64,000 nt of DNA from Candidatus Spongiisociaceae bacterium. GTDB taxonomy: Bacteria > Actinomycetota > Acidimicrobiia > Spongiisociales > Spongiisociaceae. A program made the translations under genes and the position numbers. Under the pieces are notes generated by a model. That model was not told the origin of the DNA and made no database searches. It saw nothing but the letters and a program-made list of their open reading frames with translations. Shown piece by piece: positions 38,179 to 48,353 of this stretch. The stretch's first letter is position 1. The number at the start of each line of letters is the position of its first letter. Location of the stretch: the NCBI GenBank assembly GCA_965202665.1, contig OZ241841.1, positions 1,792,001 to 1,856,000 of the forward strand, in the 5' to 3' direction.

Positions 38179-39933
38179 ATGGTTTCCAACTTGGAGTTGG
38201 CGGAGGCGTTTACGGAGTTGGCGGACTTGACCCGGATAGCGGACGGGAACAACCATTCGTTTCGGGCCCGGGCCTATGACGCGGCCGCCCGCATCGTGGA
38301 AGGATTGGCTTCCCCGGCGGCGGAAATGACGGAGCCGCAGTTGCGGGAACTGGACGGCATCGGCGGGGCCACCGCCGCCCGCATCAGGGAATACGCCGAG
38401 TCGGGGAAGATAGCCAAGCTGGAAGAGTTGCGGGCCGAGTTTCCCCCCGAATTCGTGGAGTTGACCCGCATTACCGGCTTGGGGCCGAAAACGGCTTTGG
38501 CGCTGCGGGAGCGGTTGGGCGTGGCGTCGGTGGCCGATTTGGAGGAGGCCCTGGCCGGGGAGCGGCTGCGGGACCTGCCCGGCTTGGGGGCGAAAACCGA
38601 GGAGAACCTGCGCAACGCGGTGCGGCGGCTGGGGTTGTCCGGCAAGGAGCGGCGCATCCCGATCTTGGAGGCGCAACGTCTGGCCCGCCGGTTGGCGGAG
38701 GCGGCGCGGGCCGCCCCCGGGGTGGAGCGGGCGATGGTTTGCGGCAGCCTGCGCCGTTTCCGGGAGACGGTGGCCGATTTGGACATTTTGGTTGCGATCG
38801 CCGCAGGCGACTCGGAGGGACGGCGGGCGTTGGAGGGGGCCTTGGCGGCGGCCGCTCCGGTGCGGGAAGCGGTGGCGGCGGGGGAGACGAAAACCACTTT
38901 CATCACCCATTCCGCCCTGCAAGTGGATGTGCGGGTGGTGCGTCCCGACCAGTGGGGGTCGGCCGCCCTTCATTTCACCGGTTCCAAGGAGCACAATGTC
39001 CGGTTGCGGAGGTTGGCCATCGAGCGGGGATGGGCGTTGAACGAGTACGCCTTGGCGGAGTCCGAGTCGGGGCGGGTGGTGGCGTCGGAAACCGAAGAGG
39101 AGGTGTACGCCGCCCTGGGCTTGCCGTGGATCCCCCCTGAGTTGCGGGAGGACCGGGGGGAAATCGAGGCCGGCCAAGCCGGGGGGTTGCCGGAGATGGT
39201 GGAGGAGGGCGACCTGCGGGGGGATCTGCATGTGCACACCGACCTGTCCGGAGACGGGGAAGATTCTTTGGAAGCAATGGTTGCCGCGGCGGCCGGGCGG
39301 GGTTTGGAGTACGTGGCGATCACCGACCACGCCGAGAACCTGACCATAAACGGGGCGAATCGGGGGCAAATGCTGGCCCAGCGGGAGCGCATCCGGGAGT
39401 TGCAGGAGGACTATCCCCGGATGCGGATTCTGCACGGGACGGAGTTGAACATCGCTCCCGACGGGTCGTTGGACTACGACTTTGATTTCCTGATGGGCTA
39501 CGACTGGTGCGTGGCGTCGGTGCACAGCCATTTTGACCTGCCCGCCGCGCAGCAGACGGAACGGTTGCTGGCCGCCCTCCGTCATCCGGCGGTGAACGTG
39601 ATCGGGCATCCGACCGGGCGGCGCATCGGGAGGCGGCCGGGAATAGAGTTTGACGCGGAGGCGGTGCTGGCCGCGGCCGAGGAAACCGGCTCCGCTTTGG
39701 AAATCAACTCCAACTTGGAACGCTTGGACGCGCCGGCGGAGTTGCTGTGGGAAGCGCGGGGCCGGGATGTCCTGTTCGTGATCAGCACCGACGCCCACCG
39801 GGTAAAAGAGTTGGATAAGAGCAGATGGGGAATCCGCTGGTCCCGCCGCGGCTGGGTCCCCAAAAAGCAGGTGGCCAACACCCGGCCCGCCGCCCAGTTT
39901 CTGGAATGGGCCGCCTCCGTCCGCCGAATCTAG
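38179..39933 (+). CDS. polX: DNA polymerase X with PHP 3'-5' exonuclease domain
   Basis: FR.RAY, HhH motifs, GSLRR..ETV.DLD, FTGSK.HN, PPELRE, GDLH.HT, ITDH, STDAH. Confidence 0.94.
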   Translation: MVSNLELAEAFTELADLTRIADGNNHSFRARAYDAAARIVEGLASPAAEMTEPQLRELDGIGGATAARIREYAESGKIAKLEELRAEFPPEFVELTRITGLGPKTALALRERLGVASVADLEEALAGERLRDLPGLGAKTEENLRNAVRRLGLSGKERRIPILEAQRLARRLAEAARAAPGVERAMVCGSLRRFRETVADLDILVAIAAGDSEGRRALEGALAAAAPVREAVAAGETKTTFITHSALQVDVRVVRPDQWGSAALHFTGSKEHNVRLRRLAIERGWALNEYALAESESGRVVASETEEEVYAALGLPWIPPELREDRGEIEAGQAGGLPEMVEEGDLRGDLHVHTDLSGDGEDSLEAMVAAAAGRGLEYVAITDHAENLTINGANRGQMLAQRERIRELQEDYPRMRILHGTELNIAPDGSLDYDFDFLMGYDWCVASVHSHFDLPAAQQTERLLAALRHPAVNVIGHPTGRRIGRRPGIEFDAEAVLAAAEETGSALEINSNLERLDAPAELLWEARGRDVLFVISTDAHRVKELDKSRWGIRWSRRGWVPKKQVANTRPAAQFLEWAASVRRI

Positions 39934-39970
39934 AAAACATCCTCGGTCATACCGGCGGCGGACCGCAATC

Positions 39971-40001
39971 GGGGGAGGGGGAGGGGGGGACGGCATGGGG
40001 C
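39971..40001 (+). other. Intergenic G-quadruplex-forming motif G5-A-G5-A-G7-N7-G5
   Basis: GGGGGAGGGGGAGGGGGGGACGGCATGGGGG read directly from the sequence. Confidence 0.55.
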
Positions 40002-40132
40002 TGAGGGCGCCCGACCGGCTGAGATACCCGATTACCTGTTCAAGGCCATGCCCCGGCGGCGCCGGGTAGCCTGCCCGTTTATGTCACAGGCGGGGTGTAC
40101 CGTGGGCGGTGCACTCCGGAGGAAGGAAACAA

Positions 40133-41731
40133 TTGACTGAAACAAAGAAGCGGTCGGCCGTTGGGCGGTTGCATACGTTGATGGGGCTGGCGGGTTTGGG
40201 TTTGCTGGCCGTTATCGGGGCCTGTTCGGATTCCGGGGCGGAGGATGTCCTACGGCAGAGCCTGTCCGCTACGGAGTCGGAGCGCGATGTTGTTGCGTCC
40301 CAACGCGATGAGTTGCGGGGCGATCTGGCGGCGGCGGAGGCGGAGCGGGATGGACTGCGCGGGGATTTTGCTTCCGCGGAGTCGGAGCGCGACAGCCTGC
40401 GGGCTGAGTTGGATTCCGCCGTGGAGGAATGGGATGCGTCGCTGTCCAAGTTGGATGCGGTCCGCGCCGAGCGCGACGGCCTGTTGTCCTCCAACGAGGG
40501 TCTCAACGCCCGTATTGCCGACCTGGAAGACGATTTGGACGATGCGCAAGACGATCTCAGCGAGGCTCGCGCCTCCTTGTCGGACTCCGAAGGCCGGGTG
40601 CGGGAGTTGCTTGCCAAATACGATGAGGAGATACGCGCTGATTTGCGGGCGGAGGCTGATGCGGAAATTGAGCGGGCCTGCGGGGAGGCCGTACGGCGTT
40701 ACAAAGACACGGTGGAATCGAGCATCCAGTGGAATGATTCCTGGTCCCCGGTAACGGCGCGCGCCGAGTTGACCGCGGCGGTGGAAGAATGCGCCGGTCC
40801 GGGTCGCTCCAATGCGGCCGATGTGGATATGGAAATTGAGCGGGCGTGCGACGCGGCTGTGGAACGGTACGACCTGCCGGTTGCCTCGGTCGTGGAGTGG
40901 AAGTCGGCTTGGTCGACGGTTATGTCCCGGGATGCTTTGACGGCGGCGGTGGAAGAATGCGCTGAGCCGCAACGTTCGCGGTCGTTGGAGTTGCGAGCCG
41001 AAGCTGATGAGGAAATTGAACGGGCCTGCGGGGCGGCGGTGGAACGGTACGACTCGCCGGTGGAGTCGGTCGTCCGCTGGAACAACAATTGGTCTCCGAT
41101 CACCTCCGAAGCCGACCTGACGGCCGATGTCGCAAAATGCGCCGAGCGGGGGCGCGCCAACGCAGCGGCGGTCGAGGCCGAAATTGAACGGGCCTGCGGC
41201 GCGGCGGTGGAGCGTTACCGCACCTCCGTGTCGTCTCTGATTCGTTGGAGGTCGGCATGGTCATCGGTGATGTCGCGGGACGAGATGGTTGCGGAGGTGG
41301 AAGACTGCGCCGAGCCGGAACGGGCCGAAGCGGCGGAACGGGCCGACTTCCTTGATAACTGTGAGAGAATTAGCGTCGACCAAGTGGAGAAAAACCCCGA
41401 CGGCCTGAGTGGACAATGCTTTGTATTATATGCCTACATAGTGCAATTTGATTCAGCAACCGGCCCCTGTGCTTTCCATGCTGAAATTTCCCGTAATCGA
41501 TCTACACGTTGGTATGATTTTGATGTTCGTAGCGCTTTTGGATATGGTAGTAGATGGGAGGGCTCCGTTTTGAGAACTGATTGTCCGGAATTGGATAACA
41601 TTGATGGTGATGACTATATCAAGGCGTGGGCGACAGTTCTGGGTACTCACAATTATGAATCAACTGCTGGATGGGATGTCACGGTCCCTTCCTTCAAGAT
41701 AGAGAAAGTAGAACTGGTGCGAAAGGACTGA
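40133..41731 (+). CDS. Lipoprotein: coiled coil, four Cys-paired repeats and an OB-fold-like C-terminal domain
   Basis: TTG after GGAGGAAGG, lipobox VIGAC, ESERD heptads, EIERAC...C repeats, C-terminal NPD...G....YIVQFD.ATG domain. Confidence 0.8.
   Translation: MTETKKRSAVGRLHTLMGLAGLGLLAVIGACSDSGAEDVLRQSLSATESERDVVASQRDELRGDLAAAEAERDGLRGDFASAESERDSLRAELDSAVEEWDASLSKLDAVRAERDGLLSSNEGLNARIADLEDDLDDAQDDLSEARASLSDSEGRVRELLAKYDEEIRADLRAEADAEIERACGEAVRRYKDTVESSIQWNDSWSPVTARAELTAAVEECAGPGRSNAADVDMEIERACDAAVERYDLPVASVVEWKSAWSTVMSRDALTAAVEECAEPQRSRSLELRAEADEEIERACGAAVERYDSPVESVVRWNNNWSPITSEADLTADVAKCAERGRANAAAVEAEIERACGAAVERYRTSVSSLIRWRSAWSSVMSRDEMVAEVEDCAEPERAEAAERADFLDNCERISVDQVEKNPDGLSGQCFVLYAYIVQFDSATGPCAFHAEISRNRSTRWYDFDVRSAFGYGSRWEGSVLRTDCPELDNIDGDDYIKAWATVLGTHNYESTAGWDVTVPSFKIEKVELVRKD
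40655..41325 (+). repeat. Intragenic tandem repeat, four units spaced 168/180/168 nt (ABAB)
   Basis: gaaattga(g/a)cgggc(c/g)tgc at 40664, 40832, 41012 and 41180. Confidence 0.88.
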
Positions 41732-41762
41732 TTTCATCCCGCCGGGCGGTAGGCTGGAGGTT

Positions 41763-42299
41763 ATGGAGGGTATCAACGTGGCCGTGTTCGGTTCGTCGCG
41801 GGCTGTGCCCGGTGATGGGGATTATGAGACGGCGGCGGAGGTGGGGCGGTTGCTGGCCGAAGCCGGGTTCGGGGTGGTCAACGGGGGTTACGACGGGTTG
41901 ATGGCCGCCGTCTCGCAGGGGGCGGCCGAGGCGGGGGGACGGGTGATCGGAGTGACGGCGCCCGCTTTCTTCCCCGGCCGGTCGGGGGCCAACCGGTTCG
42001 TCGCCGAAGAAATCCAAACCGCCTGCCTCACCGAACGATTGCATGTGATGTCGCAACGCACCGCGGCGGCCATCGTTTTGCCCGGCTCCATCGGCACCTT
42101 CACCGAGCTGGCCGTCTACTGGAACGACGCCTACCTGGCCCCCCTGCGGGAAGCTCCGCCCCGACCGGTGGTGGCCTTGGGAGGGAAGTGGCGGCCCCTG
42201 TTGGAACATTTGGAAGCCGCCCTGTCCGTTCCCTCCGGGCTGGTGAGTTTCGCCGCCGCCCCCCAGGAGGCGGTGTCCATCATCAAGGCCCGAACCTGA
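41763..42299 (+). CDS. LOG-family (lysine decarboxylase-like) protein
   Basis: AVFGSS, NGGY.GLM.AVS.GA...GG..IGV, ER, LPGSIGT..EL. Confidence 0.88.
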   Translation: MEGINVAVFGSSRAVPGDGDYETAAEVGRLLAEAGFGVVNGGYDGLMAAVSQGAAEAGGRVIGVTAPAFFPGRSGANRFVAEEIQTACLTERLHVMSQRTAAAIVLPGSIGTFTELAVYWNDAYLAPLREAPPRPVVALGGKWRPLLEHLEAALSVPSGLVSFAAAPQEAVSIIKART

Positions 42300-43165
42300 T
42301 GACCGACCAGTTGATCGAGTTGGCCGCGGGCGGCGTGCTGTGGCGGGTCAAAGACGGCAAAACGGAGGTCCTGATGGTCCACCGCCCCGCCTACGACGAC
42401 TGGACTTTCCCCAAAGGCAGACTGGAGGAAGGCGAAAGCCTCGTCCAATGCGCGGCCCGGGAGGCGGAGGAGGAAACCGGCCTGCCCGTCGTCATCGGCC
42501 GCTTCCTGGGAGTGACCAGCTACATCAAACGTTCCGGTCGTCACAAAGAGGTTTCCTACTGGGCTATGCGGGCGGGCAAAGGCAAATTCCGGCCCGGCCG
42601 GGAAGTGGACCGGGTGCGCTGGGTCCGCCCCGGCAAACTGGCCAAGCGCCTCACCCATCAGGTGGACCGGGACTTTGCGGCCCGCCTGCCCGGCGACTGG
42701 AACGATCCCCCGGACCGCATCCTGCTCACCCGGCACGCCCACGCCGGGGTGCGGGGAACCTGGGACGGCGACGACTCTTTGCGCCCCCTGTCCAACAAGG
42801 GCCGCCGTCAAGCGCAGGGGATAGTGGAACAACTTGCCGGATTTGAGATCGACCGCATTCTCACCAGTCCGGCGGTGCGATGCCAGCAGACGGTGGACCC
42901 GTTGGCGATGGCCCGCGGTTTGGACCGCGTCGTAACCCGCAGTCTGTGGGAGATGGCCGGACCGGGGGAAATGGCCGCCCTGCTGGCCGACCGCCGACGG
43001 GGAACGACCCTTCTCTGCTCGCACGGCCCCAACCTGATCAACGCCCTGCGGGAGATGCTGGGGGACTGGGCCGGTTTGCCCGTTCAGAAAGGTTCAACCT
43101 GGGTGTTCGACTTGGCGGAGGAGAAGACGGCCACCTCCAACTATCTGGCCCCGCCCTCCTCCTGA
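42299..43165 (+). CDS. NUDIX hydrolase fused to histidine phosphatase (MutT1-like)
   Basis: HRP.YDDW.FPKG, A.RE.EEETG, RHA.AG, D..RPL, SP..RC.QT, CSHG. Confidence 0.9.
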   Translation: MTDQLIELAAGGVLWRVKDGKTEVLMVHRPAYDDWTFPKGRLEEGESLVQCAAREAEEETGLPVVIGRFLGVTSYIKRSGRHKEVSYWAMRAGKGKFRPGREVDRVRWVRPGKLAKRLTHQVDRDFAARLPGDWNDPPDRILLTRHAHAGVRGTWDGDDSLRPLSNKGRRQAQGIVEQLAGFEIDRILTSPAVRCQQTVDPLAMARGLDRVVTRSLWEMAGPGEMAALLADRRRGTTLLCSHGPNLINALREMLGDWAGLPVQKGSTWVFDLAEEKTATSNYLAPPSS

Positions 43166-43209
43166 CCCCCGGCGGCCCCCCACCGGCCCCCCCGTAGAAA
43201 CTGAAAGAT

Positions 43210-46200
43210 TCAGAGGGAGAAAAGTTCGTCCATCAAACGGGCCTGCTCCTGGTTGTGCCGGCGGTGGCTGCCGGCGGCGGGGGAGGCGCTTTCCGGACGG
43301 CACACCACCGTTGTCTCCCGTCCCGCCAAACGGGACAGGCGGGGCTGCATGTAGAAGGCGGGTCCCATATTGGCCGGTTCCTCCTGCAACCAGGCCACCC
43401 GCGCCCCCGGCGAGGAGTTCAGAAGGTCGCGCAGGTGGGACTCGTCCAACGGATACAACTCTTCGATGCGGTGCAGGGCCATCCCGGAAACCCCCCGTTC
43501 CTCCCGCAACCGGGAAGCCTCGTAGAACACTTTCCCCGAACAGAACACCATCACCCGGATCGGGGCGGGCGGCTCCGGGTCGGGGATGACCCTTTGCAAT
43601 CCGCCATGCGTGAAATCGGCCAGCGGGCTGAACGAAGCCTGGGTGCGCAACAACGACTTGGGGGAGAAGACGATGGCCGGCCGCGACGGGCGGGCCAGCA
43701 CCTGGCGGCGCAAAAGGTGGAACATCTGGGAGGCCTGCGACGGGTACAGGATGTGCATGTTGTCCTCGGCCCCCATCTGCAGGTAGCGCTCGATGCGGGC
43801 CGAAGAATGCTCCGGCCCCTGCCCTTCGTAGCCGTGCGGGAGCAGCACCACCAGCCCCGAGGCCAAGCCCCATTTGTCCTCCGCCGCCGACAGGAAAGTG
43901 TCGAAGACGACCTGGGCGCCGTTGGCGAAATCCCCGAACTGCGCCTCCCAGGCCACCAGGCTGTCCGGCCTTTCCAGGGAATATCCGTATTCGAAGCCCA
44001 TGGCCGCGAACTCCGACAACAGCGAATCCACAAACCGCACCCGGGCCGTATCGAAAGTGCGTTGCGCTAAGGCCATCCATTCCTCGCCGGTTTCGAAGTC
44101 CACCAGCGAAGCGTGGCGGTGGCTGAAAGTGCCCCGCGCCGAATCTTCGCCCGCCACCCGCACCCAGGTTCCCTCCTCGGCCAAGGAACCGAAGGCGAAA
44201 TATTCGGCCATCGCCCAGTCGGCCGAACCCTGCTCGAACAGTTTGAGGCGGTTGGTCAGCACCCGCCCCAGTTTGGGGTGGACGGTGAAACCGGTGGGGG
44301 GCGTGTTCACGTACTCGTTCAACTCCGACAGCAACTCCAAGTGGACGGCGGTCGGCGGGTCGGAAATCTCCTGCTCCGCCTCCTCCAAGGCGGTCTGCTC
44401 GGCGGCCGCGTCCTGTTCGAACTCGGCCCGCAGCCGGGAGGCGGCCATGAAACGGCGGGGCCGGTCCTGCTCGGCGGCGGCGTCTTTTTCAAATTCGGCC
44501 TGCAACAGATTATGGAAATCGGCGGCGATGCGGTCCGCATCTTCTTCGGTCAACTCCCCGGTGTTCACCAGCCGCGACAAGTACAGCTCCCGCACCGAGG
44601 GGCGTTCGTCGATCCGCCGGTACATCAGCGGCTGGGTGAAAGACGGCTCGTCTCCCTCGTTGTGCCCCCGGCGGCGGTAGCCGATCATGTCGATGATCAC
44701 GTCTTTGGCGAAAATCTGCCGGTAGGTGAAAGCCAAGCGGGTGGCCCGCACCACCGCCTCCGGATCGTCGGCGTTGACATGCAGGATGGGCGCCCCCACC
44801 GCTTTGGCGGCGTCGGTGGCGTAATGGCTGGAACGGGCGTCCACGGTGGAAGTGGTGAAACCCACCTGGTTGTTGACGATGATGTGGATGGTCCCCCCGG
44901 TGCGGTAGCCGTCCAGCTGCGACAGGTTGAGGGTTTCCAGCACCACCCCCTGCCCGGCGAAGGCGGCGTCCCCGTGCATCAGCACCGGCAGGATCTGGGT
45001 GTAGCCCAGTTTGCCCAGCCGTTCCTGCTTGGCCCGGGCCATTCCTTCCAGCACCGGGTCCACCGCCTCCAGATGGCTGGGGTTGGGAATCAACTGCACC
45101 GTCACCTCGTTCCCGTCCCCCGCCCGGTAAAGGCCCACCGCTCCCAGATGGTGGCGGACATCCCCCGAACCTTGGATGGTTTCCGGGTCTTCGTCCTCGA
45201 ACTCCCGGAAAATGCGGGAATGGCTTTTGCCCGCCACGTTGGCCAGCACGTTCAGCCGCCCCCGATGGGACATCCCGATGATCACCTCCAAAATGTCGTC
45301 TCCGGCCGCTTGGTCCAGCAGGGAAGTCAACAGCGGAATCAGGCTTTCCACCCCTTCCAACCCGAACCGTTTCTGTCCCACGTATTTGGTATGCAGAAAC
45401 GTTTCGAAGGCCTCCGCTTGGTTGAGCCGGGTGAGGATTTCAATTTTTTCCTCGGAGGAGGGGGGCGGGATGCGCCGTTCCAACCGGTGCTGCAGCCAGG
45501 TTTTCTCGTCCTGGTCTTGGATGTGCATGTATTCGATGCCGATGGTGCGGCAGTAGGCGTCGCGCAACCGCCCCAGCAGTTCCCCCAAAGTGAGAATGCT
45601 TTCCCCGCCCACCCCGTTGGTGGCGAACTCCCGGTCCAGGTCCCAGATGGTCAGCCCGTAGGTGAGGGGGTCCAGTTCGGCGGGCATGGAAGGCGGCTCC
45701 TGCATCAGCGGGTCCAACTGGGCGATGAGGTGCCCCCGCACCCGGTAGGCGTTGATCAGGCTGAACACCTGCGCCTGTTTCTCCGCCCAAGCGGGGGTGC
45801 CGAAGGGGGGATTGTCGTCCACCGCCCACTGGGCCGGGGTGTAGGGCATGCGGGTGGAGTGGAAAATGCCGCCGTAGAAGTTGCGTCCCCCCCGCAGGTA
45901 TTCGTTGACCAAAGAAAGGAACCGCCCCGACTGCGCCCCCTGGATGACCCGGTGGTCGTAGGTGCTGGAAATGCTGATCACTTTGCCGATGCCCAGCCGG
46001 GCGATGGTTCCCTGGTCGGCCCCCTGGTATTCGGGCGGGTGTTCGATGGCCCCCACTCCCACGATCAGGCCTTGGCCTTTCATAAGCCGGGGCACCGAAT
46101 GCACCGTCCCCACCGTGCCCGGGTTGGTGAGGGTGACGGTGGTGCCCGCGAAGTCGTCGGGGGTGGCTTTCCCGCTCTGCACCCGCCGCACCAGCGACTG

Positions 46201-46887
46201 GTAGGCCTGCCAGTAATCCTCGAATTCCATGTCTTGCACGCCTTTGATGTTGGGCACCACCAGTATGCGGCCCCCGTCCCGGCCTTCCATGTCCATGGCC
46301 AAACCCAGGTTCACCTGCTTGTGGACCGCCCGGCCCGGGGCCCCCTCCGTTTCCTGATAGGAGACGTTCATTTCCGGCATTTCCCGCAGGGAACGGATCA
46401 CCGCCCAGCCGATCAGATGGGTGAAGCTGACTTTGCCCCCTTTGATACGCCGTTGCAACTGGTTGTTGAGGATGCGCCGGTTGACTTCCAGCAGTTTGGC
46501 GGGCATGTTGCGCACCGAGGTGGCGGTGGGCACTTCCAGGCTGGCGTCCATGGCCTCCGCAATGCGGCCCGGGATTCCCACCAGCTTTTCCACCCCCGCC
46601 TCTTCTCTATCGTCCCCTGGTTTCCCCGCGGCCGGGGCCGGGCCGTCGGGGGGCGGGGGAGCGGCCGTTTCCGGCGGGGCGGCGGCCGGGGCCGCCACTT
46701 CCGCATCCCGGATGGCCGGCCCGTCCAAGTCGGGGGCGGCGGGGGCGCGCCCCGCAAAAAATTCCCGCCAGGCGGGATCCACCGAGTCGGGCGCGGTTCG
46801 GTAGCGGTGGAGCATTTCCTCCACCATCCACTGGTTGGGGCCGAAGTCCAGCCCGGGGGCGGTTTCCGTTCGTCCGGCGTCTGCCAT
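43210..46887 (-). CDS. kgd: Multifunctional 2-oxoglutarate decarboxylase/dehydrogenase (E2-like plus E1)
   Basis: FGPN.W.V.EM, GGKVSFTH, TYDHRVIQGA, KRFGLEG, NPSHLEAV, HGDAAFAGQG, WEAQFGDF.NGAQ, HGYEGQGPEHSSAR. Confidence 0.95.
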   Translation of the reverse strand: MADAGRTETAPGLDFGPNQWMVEEMLHRYRTAPDSVDPAWREFFAGRAPAAPDLDGPAIRDAEVAAPAAAPPETAAPPPPDGPAPAAGKPGDDREEAGVEKLVGIPGRIAEAMDASLEVPTATSVRNMPAKLLEVNRRILNNQLQRRIKGGKVSFTHLIGWAVIRSLREMPEMNVSYQETEGAPGRAVHKQVNLGLAMDMEGRDGGRILVVPNIKGVQDMEFEDYWQAYQSLVRRVQSGKATPDDFAGTTVTLTNPGTVGTVHSVPRLMKGQGLIVGVGAIEHPPEYQGADQGTIARLGIGKVISISSTYDHRVIQGAQSGRFLSLVNEYLRGGRNFYGGIFHSTRMPYTPAQWAVDDNPPFGTPAWAEKQAQVFSLINAYRVRGHLIAQLDPLMQEPPSMPAELDPLTYGLTIWDLDREFATNGVGGESILTLGELLGRLRDAYCRTIGIEYMHIQDQDEKTWLQHRLERRIPPPSSEEKIEILTRLNQAEAFETFLHTKYVGQKRFGLEGVESLIPLLTSLLDQAAGDDILEVIIGMSHRGRLNVLANVAGKSHSRIFREFEDEDPETIQGSGDVRHHLGAVGLYRAGDGNEVTVQLIPNPSHLEAVDPVLEGMARAKQERLGKLGYTQILPVLMHGDAAFAGQGVVLETLNLSQLDGYRTGGTIHIIVNNQVGFTTSTVDARSSHYATDAAKAVGAPILHVNADDPEAVVRATRLAFTYRQIFAKDVIIDMIGYRRRGHNEGDEPSFTQPLMYRRIDERPSVRELYLSRLVNTGELTEEDADRIAADFHNLLQAEFEKDAAAEQDRPRRFMAASRLRAEFEQDAAAEQTALEEAEQEISDPPTAVHLELLSELNEYVNTPPTGFTVHPKLGRVLTNRLKLFEQGSADWAMAEYFAFGSLAEEGTWVRVAGEDSARGTFSHRHASLVDFETGEEWMALAQRTFDTARVRFVDSLLSEFAAMGFEYGYSLERPDSLVAWEAQFGDFANGAQVVFDTFLSAAEDKWGLASGLVVLLPHGYEGQGPEHSSARIERYLQMGAEDNMHILYPSQASQMFHLLRRQVLARPSRPAIVFSPKSLLRTQASFSPLADFTHGGLQRVIPDPEPPAPIRVMVFCSGKVFYEASRLREERGVSGMALHRIEELYPLDESHLRDLLNSSPGARVAWLQEEPANMGPAFYMQPRLSRLAGRETTVVCRPESASPAAGSHRRHNQEQARLMDELFSL

Positions 46888-46997
46888 AATCTTTAATAAT
46901 ACCGGGATAACGCCGCGCGTTACCGCGTTTGCCCGGTTGGCCCCCGGTGGGGCGCGCTTGGCCCTATGTCCGCCCGCCCCGGCTAGTTTGGAGGACG

Positions 46998-48332
46998 ATG
47001 GCCAAAGTCGCCGCCCGCGCCGTTCCGCCCCTCCTGTTGCTGGTCTGGGCGGCGGTTGCGTGCGGCTCTTCCGCCCCGGCGACATCCTCTACTTCCGCCG
47101 CCGCGGAGGAACCCGTCCCGGCTCCTGTTTCTTCTTCCCCCGCAACTTCCTCCGCCGTTGCGGATACTGCGGTGGAAAACCCGCCCTCCGATTCCCGCTC
47201 CGCCGATACCGCCGTTGCTGCAACATCCCCCGCAACCACCGGCGCCGAGTTGGATATCGGCCGTTTGCATCCGTCGGTGGAGTCGGTTACCGCTGACTGG
47301 CCCACCGACTGGAGCCGCAGTTCCATCGACCTGGGCGAGTTGCAGGTGGGGATTCCGGCCATGGACCCCCGGGACGCCATCCCCCCGTTGGACGACCCGG
47401 TGTTCGAAACGGTGTGGGACGCCGCGGTGTGGCTCGACGACCGGTCCCCGGGAGTGCTGGTGCTGGCCGGGGGCGAAGCCCGTTTCTACCCGTTGGGCAT
47501 CCTGCACCGCCACGAAATCGTCAACGACCGAATCGGCGATGTTCCGGCGGCGGTCACCTACTGCCCGCTGTGCAACACGGCCTTGGTTTTCGACCGGCGC
47601 GTGGACGGGGCGGAGATCCGGTTGGGGGTGTCCGGCCTGTTGCGCCACTCCGACCTGGTGATGTGGGACGACCGCACCGTTTCCCTGTGGCAACAGGCCA
47701 CCGGGGAGGGAATCGTGGGCGACTATCAGGGGGTTTCCCTGGTCCGGCTCCCCTCCGCCATCGTCTCCTTCGAAGACTTCGCCGTTCACTATCCGCACAA
47801 CGGCAAGTCCCTGTCCCGCGCCACCGGCTACGGGTCCGGTTATGAAACCAACCCCTACGTCGGTTATTCCAGCCAACCCCGCCCTTACGGTTTCTTCACC
47901 GGGGAAATCGACCCCCGTTTTCCGGCTTTGGAGCGGGTGGTGGGGGTTTCCGCCGGAGGCGAGGAGCGGGCCTATCCTTTTTCGGTCATCTCCCGGGCGG
48001 GGGCGGTCAACGACGAGGTAGGCGGGGCGCCGGTGGCGGTGTTTTGGGGCGGGGAAACCGCCGACCCCTTGGATCGGGGGAATATCGCCGACAGCCGAAC
48101 TATCGGAACCGGGGTCGCCTACCTGGCCGAAGCGGAGGGCCGGGTCCTCACTTTCGCCAAAGAAGGGGATCGGTTTCGAGACGCCGAAACCGGCAGCACC
48201 TGGACCCTGCTCGGCTGGGCGATAGACGGTCCGTTGGCCGGGAACCGCTTGCGCTTGGCCGACCATCGGAACGAATTCTGGTTCGCGTGGGCGGCCTTCT
48301 ACCCGGAGGGGACGGTTTACGAAGGCCCCTGA
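46998..48332 (+). CDS. DUF3179-domain lipoprotein
   Basis: Lipobox AAVAC, DAIP..D.P.F, HEIVND, VTYCPLC, GVSGLL..SDLVMWD, FWFAWAAF.P. Confidence 0.88.
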   Translation: MAKVAARAVPPLLLLVWAAVACGSSAPATSSTSAAAEEPVPAPVSSSPATSSAVADTAVENPPSDSRSADTAVAATSPATTGAELDIGRLHPSVESVTADWPTDWSRSSIDLGELQVGIPAMDPRDAIPPLDDPVFETVWDAAVWLDDRSPGVLVLAGGEARFYPLGILHRHEIVNDRIGDVPAAVTYCPLCNTALVFDRRVDGAEIRLGVSGLLRHSDLVMWDDRTVSLWQQATGEGIVGDYQGVSLVRLPSAIVSFEDFAVHYPHNGKSLSRATGYGSGYETNPYVGYSSQPRPYGFFTGEIDPRFPALERVVGVSAGGEERAYPFSVISRAGAVNDEVGGAPVAVFWGGETADPLDRGNIADSRTIGTGVAYLAEAEGRVLTFAKEGDRFRDAETGSTWTLLGWAIDGPLAGNRLRLADHRNEFWFAWAAFYPEGTVYEGP

Positions 48333-48353
48333 AACCCGCCTCGGAAAATCCGC

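Noticed and set aside
40655-41325. Periodic repeats considered as a CRISPR array or DGR template/variable pair
   Set aside because: They are in-frame coding repeats with homologous inter-repeat sequence; no cas or reverse transcriptase gene, and no A-specific mismatch pattern.
44113-46896. Very long antisense ORFs (also 24707-26794, 32997-35495, 9816-11819)
   Set aside because: High-GC shadows opposite well-supported genes.
46998-48332. DUF3179 as a selenoprotein
   Set aside because: The motif is CPLC with normal Cys codons; no in-frame TGA.
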